Shown here in pieces: positions 39,776 through 51,391 of a DNA stretch of 64,000 nucleotides (the first letter of the stretch is position 1; each line of letters starts with the position of its first letter). A model generated the notes under the pieces. That model searched no databases and was not told the origin of the DNA. It saw only the letters and a program-made list of their open reading frames with translations. Source of the DNA: Azolla caroliniana (taxonomy: Eukaryota; Plantae; Polypodiophyta); assembly GCA_043228905.1 (NCBI GenBank), contig JBHGNT010000015.1:10974001-11038000 (forward strand). Reading direction: 5' to 3'. The position numbers were made by a program, and so were the translations under genes.

Positions 39776-41199
39776 ATGGTATACCTGTTTGTTTTCTCTA
39801 CTCATTTGGTAGAGTTGTACTGCAATCTCCCAAACAGAATGCAGCAATTCGACAGGCATGTTGAAAACAAAGCAGATGGTATGTGTGGTTGCATGGTTGT
39901 AGGTGAACCAACAAAGACGCAGTTTTGTCCTCCACACCTAACCCGCAAGCGATGCAACGTGCTTGAACTGTCAATAAATCATTTTCCGGTTCTACTTCAT
40001 TTGGTAAGGGAGCAAGAATGTTCAGGTCCAAATCCTGTCTGGTCCTTACCATTCCCTCCACAAAATGTAGCTTCTTCTTAAGGCAGCTAACTACATGTTC
40101 TTGATGAATGTATTGTTCCTTCAACGCAACAGAGAAATTTACCGATTAATTATTCTTGTTGTTGAAAGATACACCAACTTTGCTCAGGAATCGTTAACTT
40201 ACTTGAAGCTTATCCAAATTGTAATCTGCAACAGTATTTACACCTAGAAGGTCCAGGTTCATTGAAAGAACCTGGATCTCTATTTGCAGTTCTATTTTAC
40301 GCTGGGGATCCAGTGGCCCCTCTAATTCAAGCTCCTGTTGCGCAACCTATTCCAGATAATGCTTGATTAGCACATTTTACCCGTTATTTATAACACAATC
40401 ACATACCAGCAAAACAATAGTTACCTGAATCTTATTTCTAATTGTTGTAACAGCAGAAGTAACTTTGCTCTCCATTGCAGAAGCCATTGTGGCTTTCTCT
40501 AAATCAGTCTTAAAAAATGCCAATGTCTCACAGGCTTCATGGACATTTTTTAGCATATAGCTAACCAATGTCTCACCTGTATCATCGACATTGGCTTTCC
40601 TTGGGTGTCGGTGTGGTGTATGCCCCCGGTCTTGCTGGGAGTCGGCAGTTGCATCAACAGCTGCCATGCTCCAAAATCTGTCTATTTTTTGTGCCAAGGT
40701 CCCCATCTTTCGGCATCTTTTTACCGATGCCTCACCATAGACTACCCAAGCTACCCTATACATTTCAGGGTCTCTAGATTCCTTCGTTGTTTTGCAGTAC
40801 TCATATGCAAATGCTCTAGCAAATGAAACTGACAACTCATTGTTGACTGGGATCTCCTGATGAACTTTCTAGTGCAGTCTCATGCAGTCATCGTACAAGT
40901 CGGCTCGTACATGCTTCAGCTTGACCTTGCCTTTGACTCTAGGCACTGTATATACTGTCATCCAGTCTATATCATTGATCAATTTATCACTTAGGACAGC
41001 AGGGTCAACACCCTCGAGTGACAGACCATAGGTGTTGTGGAAGTCCTCCTTTGTCTCGCAAAATTTTGCGAAGTTTAGCACTCTCGTATACGGAGGAACG
41101 AGCCATCTGAAATATCATTTCAGAAATCAGAAATAGTGCAAAATCAGAATATGTGAGAATCAAAAACCCCAATCAACAACAACAAAAATGGTGCAAAAT

Positions 41200-41595
41200 C
41201 TTTAACTTAGCAAATCAGAAACCCTAATCATAATTTGTATTCAGAAATTTGAAATCAGAAACCCTAATCAAAATCTGTAATTAGAAGTTTGAAATCAGAA
41301 ACCCTAATCAAAATCTGTAATCAGAAGTTTGTAACTAGAAACCTTATTCAGAAATTCTAATCAAAAATTTATAATCAAAAACCCTAATCAGAAATTTCAA
41401 TCAGAAACCCTAATAAAAAATTTCAATCACAAACCCTAATCAGAAATCCTAAGCAGAAATTTATAAACAAAAACCCTATTCAGAAATTCTAATTTGTAAT
41501 CAAAATTTGTAACCAGAAACCCTATTCAGAAATTCTAATCAGAAATTTATAATCAAAAACCCTAATCAGAAATTTCAATCACAAACCCTAATCAC
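41200..41595. repeat. Telo-box (AAACCCTA)-rich minisatellite in the first intron of the cargo gene
   Basis: About ten AAACCCTA(A/T)T copies interleaved with AATCAGAAAT units. Confidence 0.85.
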
Positions 41596-42119
41596 TAAAG
41601 ACAGGATTAAACACAAAAAAAGTAATATAAACACACCTGTTGCTACTCCCCGATTTGCGAGACATCCTTGTATGGGACTCCAAGGACTTCACCCTATTCG
41701 ATTTTGGGGAAATATGAATCGGCACCAAAGTTCAAACAGTAGTCAAAAAGAAAAAACAAATGTTTGGGGTTTCTGTAACTGAAACATACCAAGACGATGA
41801 TCGAGCGGGTTCTGTGTTGTAGCTCTCAATCTGCAATGTCGATTTTTTGCTGTTGCGGGAGCTACGTTTGCGTTTGTGCTCTGAGTACTCCATCTGCGTT
41901 CAAAATCAGACTTAGGCTAAACAGGAAATTGATGACATTGAAGTCGACCTTAGATGATGGTGATATTCCCCAAGTTCCACTACGTCTGAAACAGAAGTTC
42001 AAATATTTGAGTTTTTTCATAAATTAGTTTTTCAAATATTTGATTTTCCCACAAAAAAGACTAGCTAAACAAATAGCTAATTAGCTATGGCCATTTTAGT
42101 AGCTAATTAGCTATAATAG

Positions 42120-42144
42120 TGTTTCCACTCGCATGCTTTTACCC
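42120..42144 (-). repeat. Right TIR
   Basis: Reverse complement GGGTAAAAGCATGCGAGTGGAAACA. Confidence 0.95.
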
Positions 42145-42979
42145 ATAAGGTAAAAGGGACAAAAAGTATGGGCTAGGGTATTTGTTTAATGGGAACGGTA
42201 AGAGAGATTGGGGGAGAAGACGGGTCGAGTAGTTGACGATCGAAGTGACATAAGGCGTGGTGAGGGGGTATCGTGGTTTGGTGTGGGCTAAGATTTATGT
42301 GCGGATGGTAGAGTTGGACGGGAATCCATCGAGGGTTTTGTGAGAGTTTGGGAAAATTAGGGGCTTTTGGGTGGGTTTGAGGTTTTGGGTGTGTGGGGGT
42401 GGGGGATGTGTTGTCCGAGTGTTGTCAAAGGGCCTTTGTGTGCCTTTAAGGACCCAGACTTGTGGCGTCTTTTCAGGGGGGAAAGGGGCGGTCTATGAGG
42501 TAGTTCTATGGGGAATTTGGCCTCCTAGGTGCTGAATTTGGTTAATGCATATTGCCTTAACCTGGGTTGGGTACTTGGTTGATGTTTGTAGTTGTCGGGT
42601 GTCATGTGCAGTTGCGGTATGGTCACGGGTGGGTAGCCAACTTCATTTTGGGACCCAAAATCGAGTGGCACCTTTGTGCCAACCTTGGGCGTTTGTGAGT
42701 TCTTTTCGAACTCGCCAAACAACACATTCTCCGCGGCGTGGTTCTTCGGTGAAAGTCGCGTGGACATTCACCCACTTGTGCGGCATGGATGTCCTTGTTC
42801 CAATGTTAGCGTTACTCAGACCTTGGGTGATCGGTGGTTTTGTGAGTTCTTTTTGGTTGGGTGTTTTCACACTCTAGAGTTTGTCGAGATTGGTTGGAAG
42901 TGGTTCGAGTGTTGTTGCAACGAGTTTTTCGAACTTCACACCATTTGCAATTTGGAAGGAGACAATGTTCTTGCTTGGT

Positions 42980-43302
42980 AACAGTAGACATTCACTTATG
43001 TGACACCAATCCAAACCGAGGAGGCAAGGTGTTTACAACACTTTCGGTGGGAGGACCCGAATACGAATTGAATAGTCATTGTATTGTGTCTTGATTTTGC
43101 ACAGAAAGGCTCCGAGGCAACGTGATGTGGGACCATCGAAGCCAAGAAAGTTGTTGTTGAACGCTTTGAGGTCTGGGAAAGCTAGATGTTCCCATGTTTC
43201 GAAGGAGAAAAGGGTTAGTGATGCTCCGGGGTCAATTACTGTTGTTAGAGGTACACCTTCAGCGAAGCATGGTATGTGTATTGTCATGACATTAGGGGCC
43301 AT
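42980..43302 (-). pseudogene. Second retropepsin-like domain downstream of the integrase
   Basis: VIDPGASLTLF...LGFDG...CLG followed in frame, after one stop, by CLLGLDW. Confidence 0.7.
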
Positions 43303-46300
43303 CGATCTAGCAATAGCTACAGGGTGGGCGTCACCTTATCATTTTAGTTTCGCTTGTGCATTGCGAAGGTCAGTTTCTAATCGGGCCATTCAACCTTCGG
43401 ATGCTTTAAGTTTAGCTTCCACTTCTCATTGTCGAGTTGTGAGGAGGGCTTCGAGGGTGAGGGGTCCGTAGTAACCTTTGAGCTTGCTCCCGTTGCTGAA
43501 TCCTGGGATGTCGATTCCTTTGAGCGTGCATATTCGACATGCTCCTGCCTTGGTAATCTCTGAGACTACATAGGGGCCTTCGCCCCGTAATTTGAGCTTC
43601 TTTTTTGTGTCGTTGAGAGGTGAATTTGAGAGCCATGTCCCCTTCAGCTAGATCTGTATCCCTTACTTTGTTGTTCTGCCACGCCTTTATATTGGCTTTC
43701 TCTATCAAGAGTGCTTGGAATGCGAGAAGGCAAGTTTCGGTCAACCGTTCTAAGTTCTCTAGGCGTGACAGGAGGGGGTTCCCATCCCATCGTTCTTGAA
43801 TGGCTATCCTGAGGCTAGGGACGAGGAACTCGATGTGAAGTACCGCCTCTTGTCCATATACTAGTTTGAAGGGTGTGTGGTGAGTTGCTACTTTGTAGGA
43901 GGTGCGGAAGGCCCATAACGCGGCTTGGAGTTTGGTGCTCCAATCGGACCGTGAAGCTGCGATTATCTTCGTTTGTACTGCAGATAACACCTTATTAGTG
44001 CTTTCTGCTTGTGCATCGCACCAGGGGTAGTAAGGGGAGCTCTTGCGATGCGTCACCATAAACTTGCCCAGTAGGTGTGCTATCACCTCATTGAGGAAAT
44101 GGGAGCCTTGGTCGCTAATAATCTCAAGCGGACATCCAAACCGTGTGATGACATTTTTGTATAGGAATTTGGCAGTGCTACGTGCATCAGCGTTAACATA
44201 GGCTTTGGCTTCAGCCCACATGGTAGCATAATTAGTGGTGGTGATTCTGTATCGATTAAGGTTGGAAGTTGGGCTAATTGGGCCGATAAAATCGATACCC
44301 CATTTCTTGATTGGATGCCAAGCCACTACCGGGTTTAATATGTTGAAATCCACTTTTAGCGGGTGCTTGAAAAGTTGGCACTTGTCACACCGGCGTACAT
44401 ACTCATATGTGTCTTGGAATAGTGTTGGCCACCATAGGCCAGACTGGAGGATCTTGCGTGCGGGTGACTCGTGATTGAAATGACCGCTTCTGCTTCCGCT
44501 TCCGCAATGACCTTGTTCGATGAGAGCGATGACATCATAGTCTGCAACACACCTTCGAAGTACATCATCGTTTCCTATGAGCATCGTGAAGGGGCCACAT
44601 TTTTTTAACAAAACACATGCTTGTGCCCGACTTAGTTGTTTTAGGAAGGATGCTCCTTCGGTTAAGACACGAACAATGTCCGATGCCCATGATGGTACAT
44701 TGTCGATCGTGAATAATGTAGCATCTGGCGTTTCATCATCGACTCCAGTGGCTTCTTCTCCATTTGGTATTCATGAGAAATGATCGGCGAGTACATGATC
44801 TTTACCTTTCCTCACCACCACCTTGAAGTCAAACTCGAGTAGAGTTATGATCCATCGTGATATGCATCTTGTGGCATGATTCTTGTTTACAAAGTAGAGG
44901 AGAGCTTGATGATCTACAAAAAATGAGAAACGTGACACCAAGAGGTAATGTCGGAAATTCTTTACGATGTAAACCATTGCTAAAGCTTCTCGTTCCGTTG
45001 TGGAGTAATTTTGTTCCGCAGAGTTCAGCTGACGGCTAGCAAAGGTGATTAGTAGATCGAGCGCTCCTTCGCTAGGTTGAGCGAGTACCACACCAATTGC
45101 GAAGGCGGAAGCATCAGTGTGAAGGTGGAATTCTTTGTTCTAGTCTGGCGATCGGATAATGGGGCTTTAGTTACGCACTCCTTCAAGAGCTCGAACGAAC
45201 GGGTGCACTCTTCCGTCGAGGTGTATTGCTTTAGTAATGCGTAGAGTGGTCTCGCCTTGTCTGCGAACATCTTAATGAAGCGTCTAGAGTAACCCACGTA
45301 CCCCATGAACCCTTGTAGTTGTTTTTCATTCATGGGTGGTGGCATGTCAAGGATAAGCTTTACTTTTGCCTCATTGGTCGAGATCCCATGTCGGGACACC
45401 ACATGACCTAATATGGGTCCGTGTTTGACCCAGAATGGACACTTAAGAGGTTTGAGGGAGAGTTGATATTCCTTGCACTTTTTGAACATCAAGCCAAGTA
45501 CTGCCAGGTGGGCATGCCATTTCGAATGGCAGCATAAATCATTAATGTAGGATTCCACCCCTTGCCGCGAAGATGTGGTCTGTTTCCCTTTAATTAGTGC
45601 TTAGGGCACTTGTGAGCCCGAAGGCATCTGTTTGTACGTGAACGTACCAAATTCGGTTGCAAAGGCAATCTTGTGTTGATCTTTAGGCACCACCGAGATT
45701 TGGTTGTATGCCAAGAAACCATTGATGAAGCTATAAGCTTCTGCTCTTGCAACTCTTTCAAGTATGTGCTCGATGTAGGGTACCGGGTAGTTGTCTTTGA
45801 TGGTGGCGTTGTTGACTTGTCGATAGTAAACACATATGCGGATTTTTCCATTCTTCTTCGGGATGACTACGGTCGGGGAGATCCAAGTTGTTCACTCAAT
45901 CAGGTAGATGATGGCAGCGTCTAACATTTTAGGGTTCATTGTGTGCGGTCTTTGTAGGATTGGGCGGGTGTCGGCTCGCATGGGGATGCTATGGGTGATT
46001 ACTTCAACCGGTACACCTTTCATATCTGCATATGACCATGCAAACACTTCTCTAAATTCTGTGAGGGCGATCAAAGACGTCTCCTCGTCCGACTGGAGAT
46101 TCATGGCGTTGAACACTGGTTTGGGGTCCACCCTATTTCCGAGATTGATTTCTTTGACTCTCGCCCGTCCGTCGCATGCCTCTCCTAGAATGTTAGGGGT
46201 GCGTTGTGGTATCTTACAAGCCACCACCCTACTCCCTTGTTCATAGAGTTTGAATTGCTCCAGGAAGTCCACCTCTATCGAGGTATTCCAAGTGGTCGCA

Positions 46301-47492
46301 TTCTCTTCCTTGTGAGTGATTCGTTGCACTAGGTCTTTGTCTTTTACGTCCCATCTTTTTTTGCTTGGGTATGAGATTGTGTCTCCGTCCTCATTGCAAC
46401 ACTTTGTACCAATGGGGTACATTACACTTGCACCCAATTCATCTCTAACAAATTGGAGGCTACGGATTGGTCTTCCCTCGCATTATTTGTGTTAGGGGTA
46501 GTGGATATTTGGGGGAGGGGTTGACCCCTAGCCAAGATTTGAACTGTCTTTGTGCGGTTACATGCTAGGAGGTTGGTCTCAAACTCGGTGGTTTCTGACC
46601 AGTCGTCCACAAGAGGGTTTCCTTCTTGTTCCTGAACTTTTTGTGTGTATGCTTTGATGTTGAAGGTTTTGTTGTTTTTACGCATATAGATTGTATCATT
46701 CCCAAAGTCCATCACAAGTCCACTTACATGTAGAAATGGCCTCCCTAGTAAACACTCGTAAGCGACATGATTGGATGATCTTGTGATGATAAAGGTGAAA
46801 TTGAACTCGACCCCGTGGATAGTTTGTGTACAGGGAACATGCCTTCTAGCCGTTGGATAGACCCATCTGTCATTCGGAGTTTGACGTCCGAAGGAAGCAT
46901 TTTTGGACTTCCCCACTTTCATCAACATTCGTAGCTGACTATGCTTACCCCTGCTCCGGTATCGATGATCGCATCACACGTTGTGCTGTTGACGCAAACG
47001 GGGAGAGTGAAACTAGTGTTGTCGTTCTCGAAATGAGCTTCACATATATCTACCAGCGTTCCTTCGGGTTGTTTGGGGACTGTGGTCATATGAGGGATGT
47101 GGGTGTGTATCTTCTCCCCATAACCTGCTCACACACCTCCATTGAGGCAGCGAAGGACGTCGTGCCATGGTTGGATGCCGAGTTTGAGCAGCTCTTTGAG
47201 TGTCAACTCTATTTCTTTGGCGAGTATAGGTCGTAGTTTGGGATTGTCAGTCACGAAGGTGCCAGTATAGCTCTGTACTTCACGTAATGTTAGTCGTAAT
47301 TTTAAATTTAATATTTGTTGGAGCAAGACTGTGTTGACTTCTTTGATTGGGGTAGATTGGGAGATGGGGGTGTCGGTTGGTGTTACGACGAGGGGGGATT
47401 TACCTGTGTGTTGGGGTGGAGGATTTACCCATTCTTTGAGTTGGTCGAAGTTTAGGCTCAAGAGACTAAGTGACCCTTCGAACTATTCATGG

Positions 47493-47920
47493 CGTATGAG
47501 TTTGATGCACTTTTTGAATCCTAAGCATGGAGGAAGACATAGAGAAGGCCAGAACAGAAATGGTCAAGTTGGTCATAGAAGAACCACAACAATCGAAACC
47601 AGTGGCTCCGGTAACTTTATAGAACAATAAGACCCCAGGGACTGAAGCAGGTCCAGATACTAATAAAATGCCAACACAAGAGCTCGCCGTATTATGGGAA
47701 GAACTTGTAGCACAAGAAGCCTTACGAGCCAAGGAGCGAGAATTGAAAAAAGCGGCAGAGGAGGAACAAAGCAAGACAGCCGAAAGCCTCTGCAGAGCAG
47801 AGGAAAGATTGAGAAAAGGTCATCAAGCGTATGACCGGCTGAAAGAAGAGAAAGAGAAACTTCGACGAACGACAGAAGCAGAGATTGAGCGCCTCAAAGA
47901 GGATTTTCGTTTCTTACACG
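47493..47920 (+). other. 428-bp foreign insertion (coiled-coil coding fragment) in the gag-PR region
   Basis: Flanked by TATTCATGG (47484-47492) and TAGTCATGG (47921-47929); strand composition is opposite to the host element. Confidence 0.55.
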
Positions 47921-50039
47921 TAGTCATGGGGAGGCCTTGGTTGTGACACTTTAAGTTATGAGCTATTCTTTGAGCTTGTGTGATGACGTTGGCGCCAACC
48001 ATTGATGGTACGATAAATAACAGATTTGCATCAATCCATTTCTTTTTCTTTGGGCAATCAAGTACTAAGTGTTCTTTACCACACCCTGGGTGTGATGCTT
48101 CTCTTTGGAACCACCCGATAAGGTCCTACGACTATTGGGTGAGACTTTGCACTGGTGGTTGTGGGGGTGTTTCGAATGGAGGGTGTCGTGGTCGTTGTGC
48201 CATCCGGTTCTAGTACTCATGTTTGTTTGGGCACTCACTAACCATGTGTGGGCCTTGGCAATTGAAGAATTTTAATTTTGACCTTCTTAGACCATTGTTG
48301 TTGCGATATCCCCTCAACGGGCCCCTATGTTCTCCTCTCAAGAAGTACACTGGTATTTGGTCGCCTTCGAAGAGTTCACAAAGTGGGAAAGAACCTCTTC
48401 TTCAACACCGTACTCCCGGTATGAGTCTTCATATTCAGGGGCACCCCCCCCCCCCAACCTAGGTTTAGTTATCGGTGGCATATTCTAGTTCGGCAAGGCA
48501 AGCTCCAATGCGCGGTAGTGGGGGTTGTTTGGGAAGTATTGTTGGTACTTGTGGGCGGTTAAGCAGTGGAGTTGATCGTGCGTGCTTGACCATTGGTGTT
48601 TTGCCATACCTTTCATTTGGCGCTTACCAGTAGTTCGCTTGAGAATGCATCACGAAGGCTTTGCACCACTTACAGTATTCAAGCCACCGTTGGTGGAGGA
48701 GCGGGCATTCATGCCCCGTGTGATGGACATGGCACACCGTGCACCTTACATTTTCTCCTTGGGTGTATGCTTGGGGTCTTTCTATACAAGGTGGTCTCAA
48801 CGGCGTGGGTGGAGTGGGATCTGAGGGCTTCTCACAGTCATCACTACCATAACCTGTTCATTGAATCTTCGAAAGTCATCACTACCGTGCAAGCTTCTGC
48901 GAATGACCGACACATCCTGGCAATCAGGAAATTTTGGAGTGTCGGGTCAAACAACCCATTGATGAAGTGGCTCATCAATTTGTCGTCCGACATCTTGTCG
49001 CTCGAGCTACAACGATGGTGAAGGCTTTTCGTGTGGCATATGTAGTCCCTGTCAGTCTTATTCACTTCTTGCTTGAGGGCGAAAAGTTGGTGGATCGGGT
49101 TCCATTTATTCCCTTGACGAGCGAAGTTTATTAAGAAATCTTTGATGACATACTCGAAGTCCGTGACGATGTCCTCATTCAAGGTCCTAAACCAAATTTT
49201 GGCTTGGTCGGCGAGTGTAAGTCCGAATGTGGCTACTTTGGTGGTCTCTATGAGGGGTTCATAAGCCCGACATATCTGCTTGAACCTCTCTACGTGGTCA
49301 TATGCGTCACTGAAACTGAGGAAATGAGGTACTAGTTTAGAAATGGAAGTGCTCTTCCCAATGTCGTTTGTGGGGTTTCTCGAATTGTCAGTGGGTGCTC
49401 GTTCTTTTTCCATCAATGCCACAAGGGTTTGGATGGATTGTAATGCTAATGCAAGTTCAGCATTTGGGGGTGCTAAGGTAGTTTGGTTGGGTGTAGGGGT
49501 CATGTCCATACGCGGCGGTGTCGGGGGTCTTCACTAGTGTGCTTCGTTTGGGTTGTTGCCCGTTGTGCTCAAATGGGGTGCGGGGCTGGGCTCGCGGTCT
49601 CGATGGTGCATATATGACGATGCTTCTAGGAGGCTAAGTTTTTGTTGCACTCGCGCGACCATGTCTTTCCTTTCTACCAAAGCGGCTTCAATATCTCGGG
49701 GAATGATTTCCGGTTGTCTGTCTTTCGCGAGTTCCATCGTCGATATATTGATTTCTTGTTCTACTACACATAACTCTTGCACGGCATCCTGTATATGCCG
49801 CTCTATGCTGAGTGGATCTACCATTGGGCTCTCCTATAGTGGGGGTGTGTTGAGAGGTGCTTTGGTTGTCAGGCTCGATGGGAGGTTCATGTTTGGTAGC
49901 ATCCCTAGGGTTAACCACCCTCCGTGGTATCAAGTCGGGTTAGATGGGTCAGCACCGTGTGTTTGGTTGGTTTGTATGAACTCCTCCTGGCATGTGGGTC
50001 GGGTTTTGAACATCCCCGTCCATGAGGATCCGGCTATGT

Positions 50040-50450
50040 TCTCTTGTCAAGCTTTGCGGGTCGTCGAAAGATAATCTTTCGTCGAACTTTGTGTGTCTGG
50101 CAAACTTTGATCTTTCATCGAAAGATGTGAGTTTGGCAGACTTTGATCTTTCGTCAAAAGATGTGGGTTTGGCAAACTTTGATCATTCGTCGAAGGATGC
50201 TCCCCTTATCGAACTCTGATCTTTCGACGAAGGATGATCTTCCGTCGAAAGATATCCTCTTGTCAAGCTTTACGGGTTTGTTGAAAGATGTGGGTTTTGC
50301 AAACTTTGATCTTTCGTCGAACTTTGCAGGTTTGGCAAACTTTGAGCTTTCGTCGAAAGATTCTTCCCTTATCGAACTTTGATCTTTCCATGAAGGATGA
50401 TCTTTCATCGAAAGATGGTCTCTTGTCGAACTTGATCTTTCGACGAACTT
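50040..50450. repeat. Degenerate ~30-bp tandem repeats in the retroelement 5' UTR
   Basis: Recurrent AACTTTGATCTTTCGTCGAA(A/G)GAT. Confidence 0.8.
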
Positions 50451-50783
50451 TGAGCGGAAAATTTGAATTTCTTTGGCACCAACGGCTGTTTCGTGTCCTA
50501 TAGGATGATCGTAATCAACGAGAATCGCGGTGATTATTCTTGCCCTGCAACGGCTAAATCTCAACAATGCTTAGCATTAACCAGACAAATAGCTTGTTAA
50601 TGTCCAAGCGATTAAGGGGGGGGGAATTAAAACTAAAAAAAACAGAAAATTAACTTAATGAAAACATGAAATAGTGAGAATTTTAATTAACACAAATGGT
50701 GGTTTCCTTTCGATTTCTTCCCTCGTTAAGTGGGTTTCCTACGAGTGTTTTATCACTTGAAGTCGGCTTCAAGCGTGGGTCGT

Positions 50784-50802
50784 ATCCCCGGCAATGGCAC
50801 CA
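50784..50802 (-). other. Primer-binding site, tRNA-Asp
   Basis: TGGTGCCATTGCCGGGGAT differs by two transitions from the Athila-type TGGCGCCGTTGCCGGGGAT. Confidence 0.8.
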
Positions 50803-50808
50803 CATCAA

Positions 50809-51391
50809 TGTATAAGATCTATGTATCGACGGAGTTAACTCCTCAATGTCGTTTGCAGAGCTCAGACCAGTGTATACTCTTTTGATGGCGAATCGGGCGG
50901 ATATGGTTGTTGGACACCTCCGAGCCTCACACTCACTTAACGATTAATAGATGATTAAGCATGATACCTCTCTCACTCTTTGAAGCTCGATCTCATAGAA
51001 AATAGGGTAATGAATATAGACAATAAGAGTAATGAATATGTTTATTAACCCTCTTTGCTAAGATGTCTACCACCAAAAAGGAAGAGAGATTAGTGTTCTC
51101 TAACTAAACACCTCACTAATCTCTCTTAAGCTTAAAGGTTACAAGAAGGAGGAGAGGAACCTCTAGCTCTTAATCAATAGGGAGATCTTTACAAATGGAA
51201 GAGCCCTTACAAAGCCACCACAATGTGGTTTATATAGCATTTACATTTAGGGTATGGCCCTTTCACACTTGGATGTCCCTTAGCCCTTTTTCCTCTTGCC
51301 ATTTCCTCTTCATAGGTCCTTTAGTCATACTACCTCCTTGTTGATGCACTCTTCTTCATGACTGGTCGTGCTGCAATCCAAGCGCTTAACA
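50809..51391 (-). repeat. 5' LTR of the Athila-like element
   Basis: Ends TGTATAAG / CTTAACA; minus-strand TATA box at about 51235; adjacent to the PBS. Confidence 0.6.

Larger units (their letters stand above)
36360..41665 (-). pseudogene. Multi-exon cargo gene of the transposon: unknown N-terminal domain, coiled coil, RING-like finger, acidic linker, FCP1/SCP (NIF)-like domain
   Basis: ATG at 41665; GT-AG introns 41107-41636, 40347-40424, one starting at 40202, and 38122-39784; CIACG..PCNHTYHLLC..C; FLEWAVEYFDLFIWS..W..C..YNADNTLILD; in-frame TAG stops at probable Trp codons; downstream splice phases uncertain. Confidence 0.7.
30414..42144. mobile_element. Complete Sola2-like DNA transposon, 11731 bp, two convergent genes
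   Basis: TIRs GGGT(G/A)AAAGCATGCGAGTGGAAACA match at 24/25; 4-bp TSD ATAA at 30410-30413 and 42145-42148; GRG..CYC termini and a 4-bp TSD fit Sola2; transposase inside. Confidence 0.88.
42149..51391 (-). mobile_element. Athila-like Ty3/Gypsy retrotransposon, 5' LTR through pol, degenerate; 3' LTR not found
   Basis: tRNA-Asp PBS; gag 48844-49824, PR IIDTGAG at about 46960, RT 45049-46000, RH FASRQL..NYSTTEREAL, INT WGIDFIGP and SDQGSHF. Confidence 0.9.

Noticed and set aside
41200-41595. Relic chromosome end
   Set aside because: AAACCCTA units are separated by non-telomeric spacers and lie within a predicted intron.
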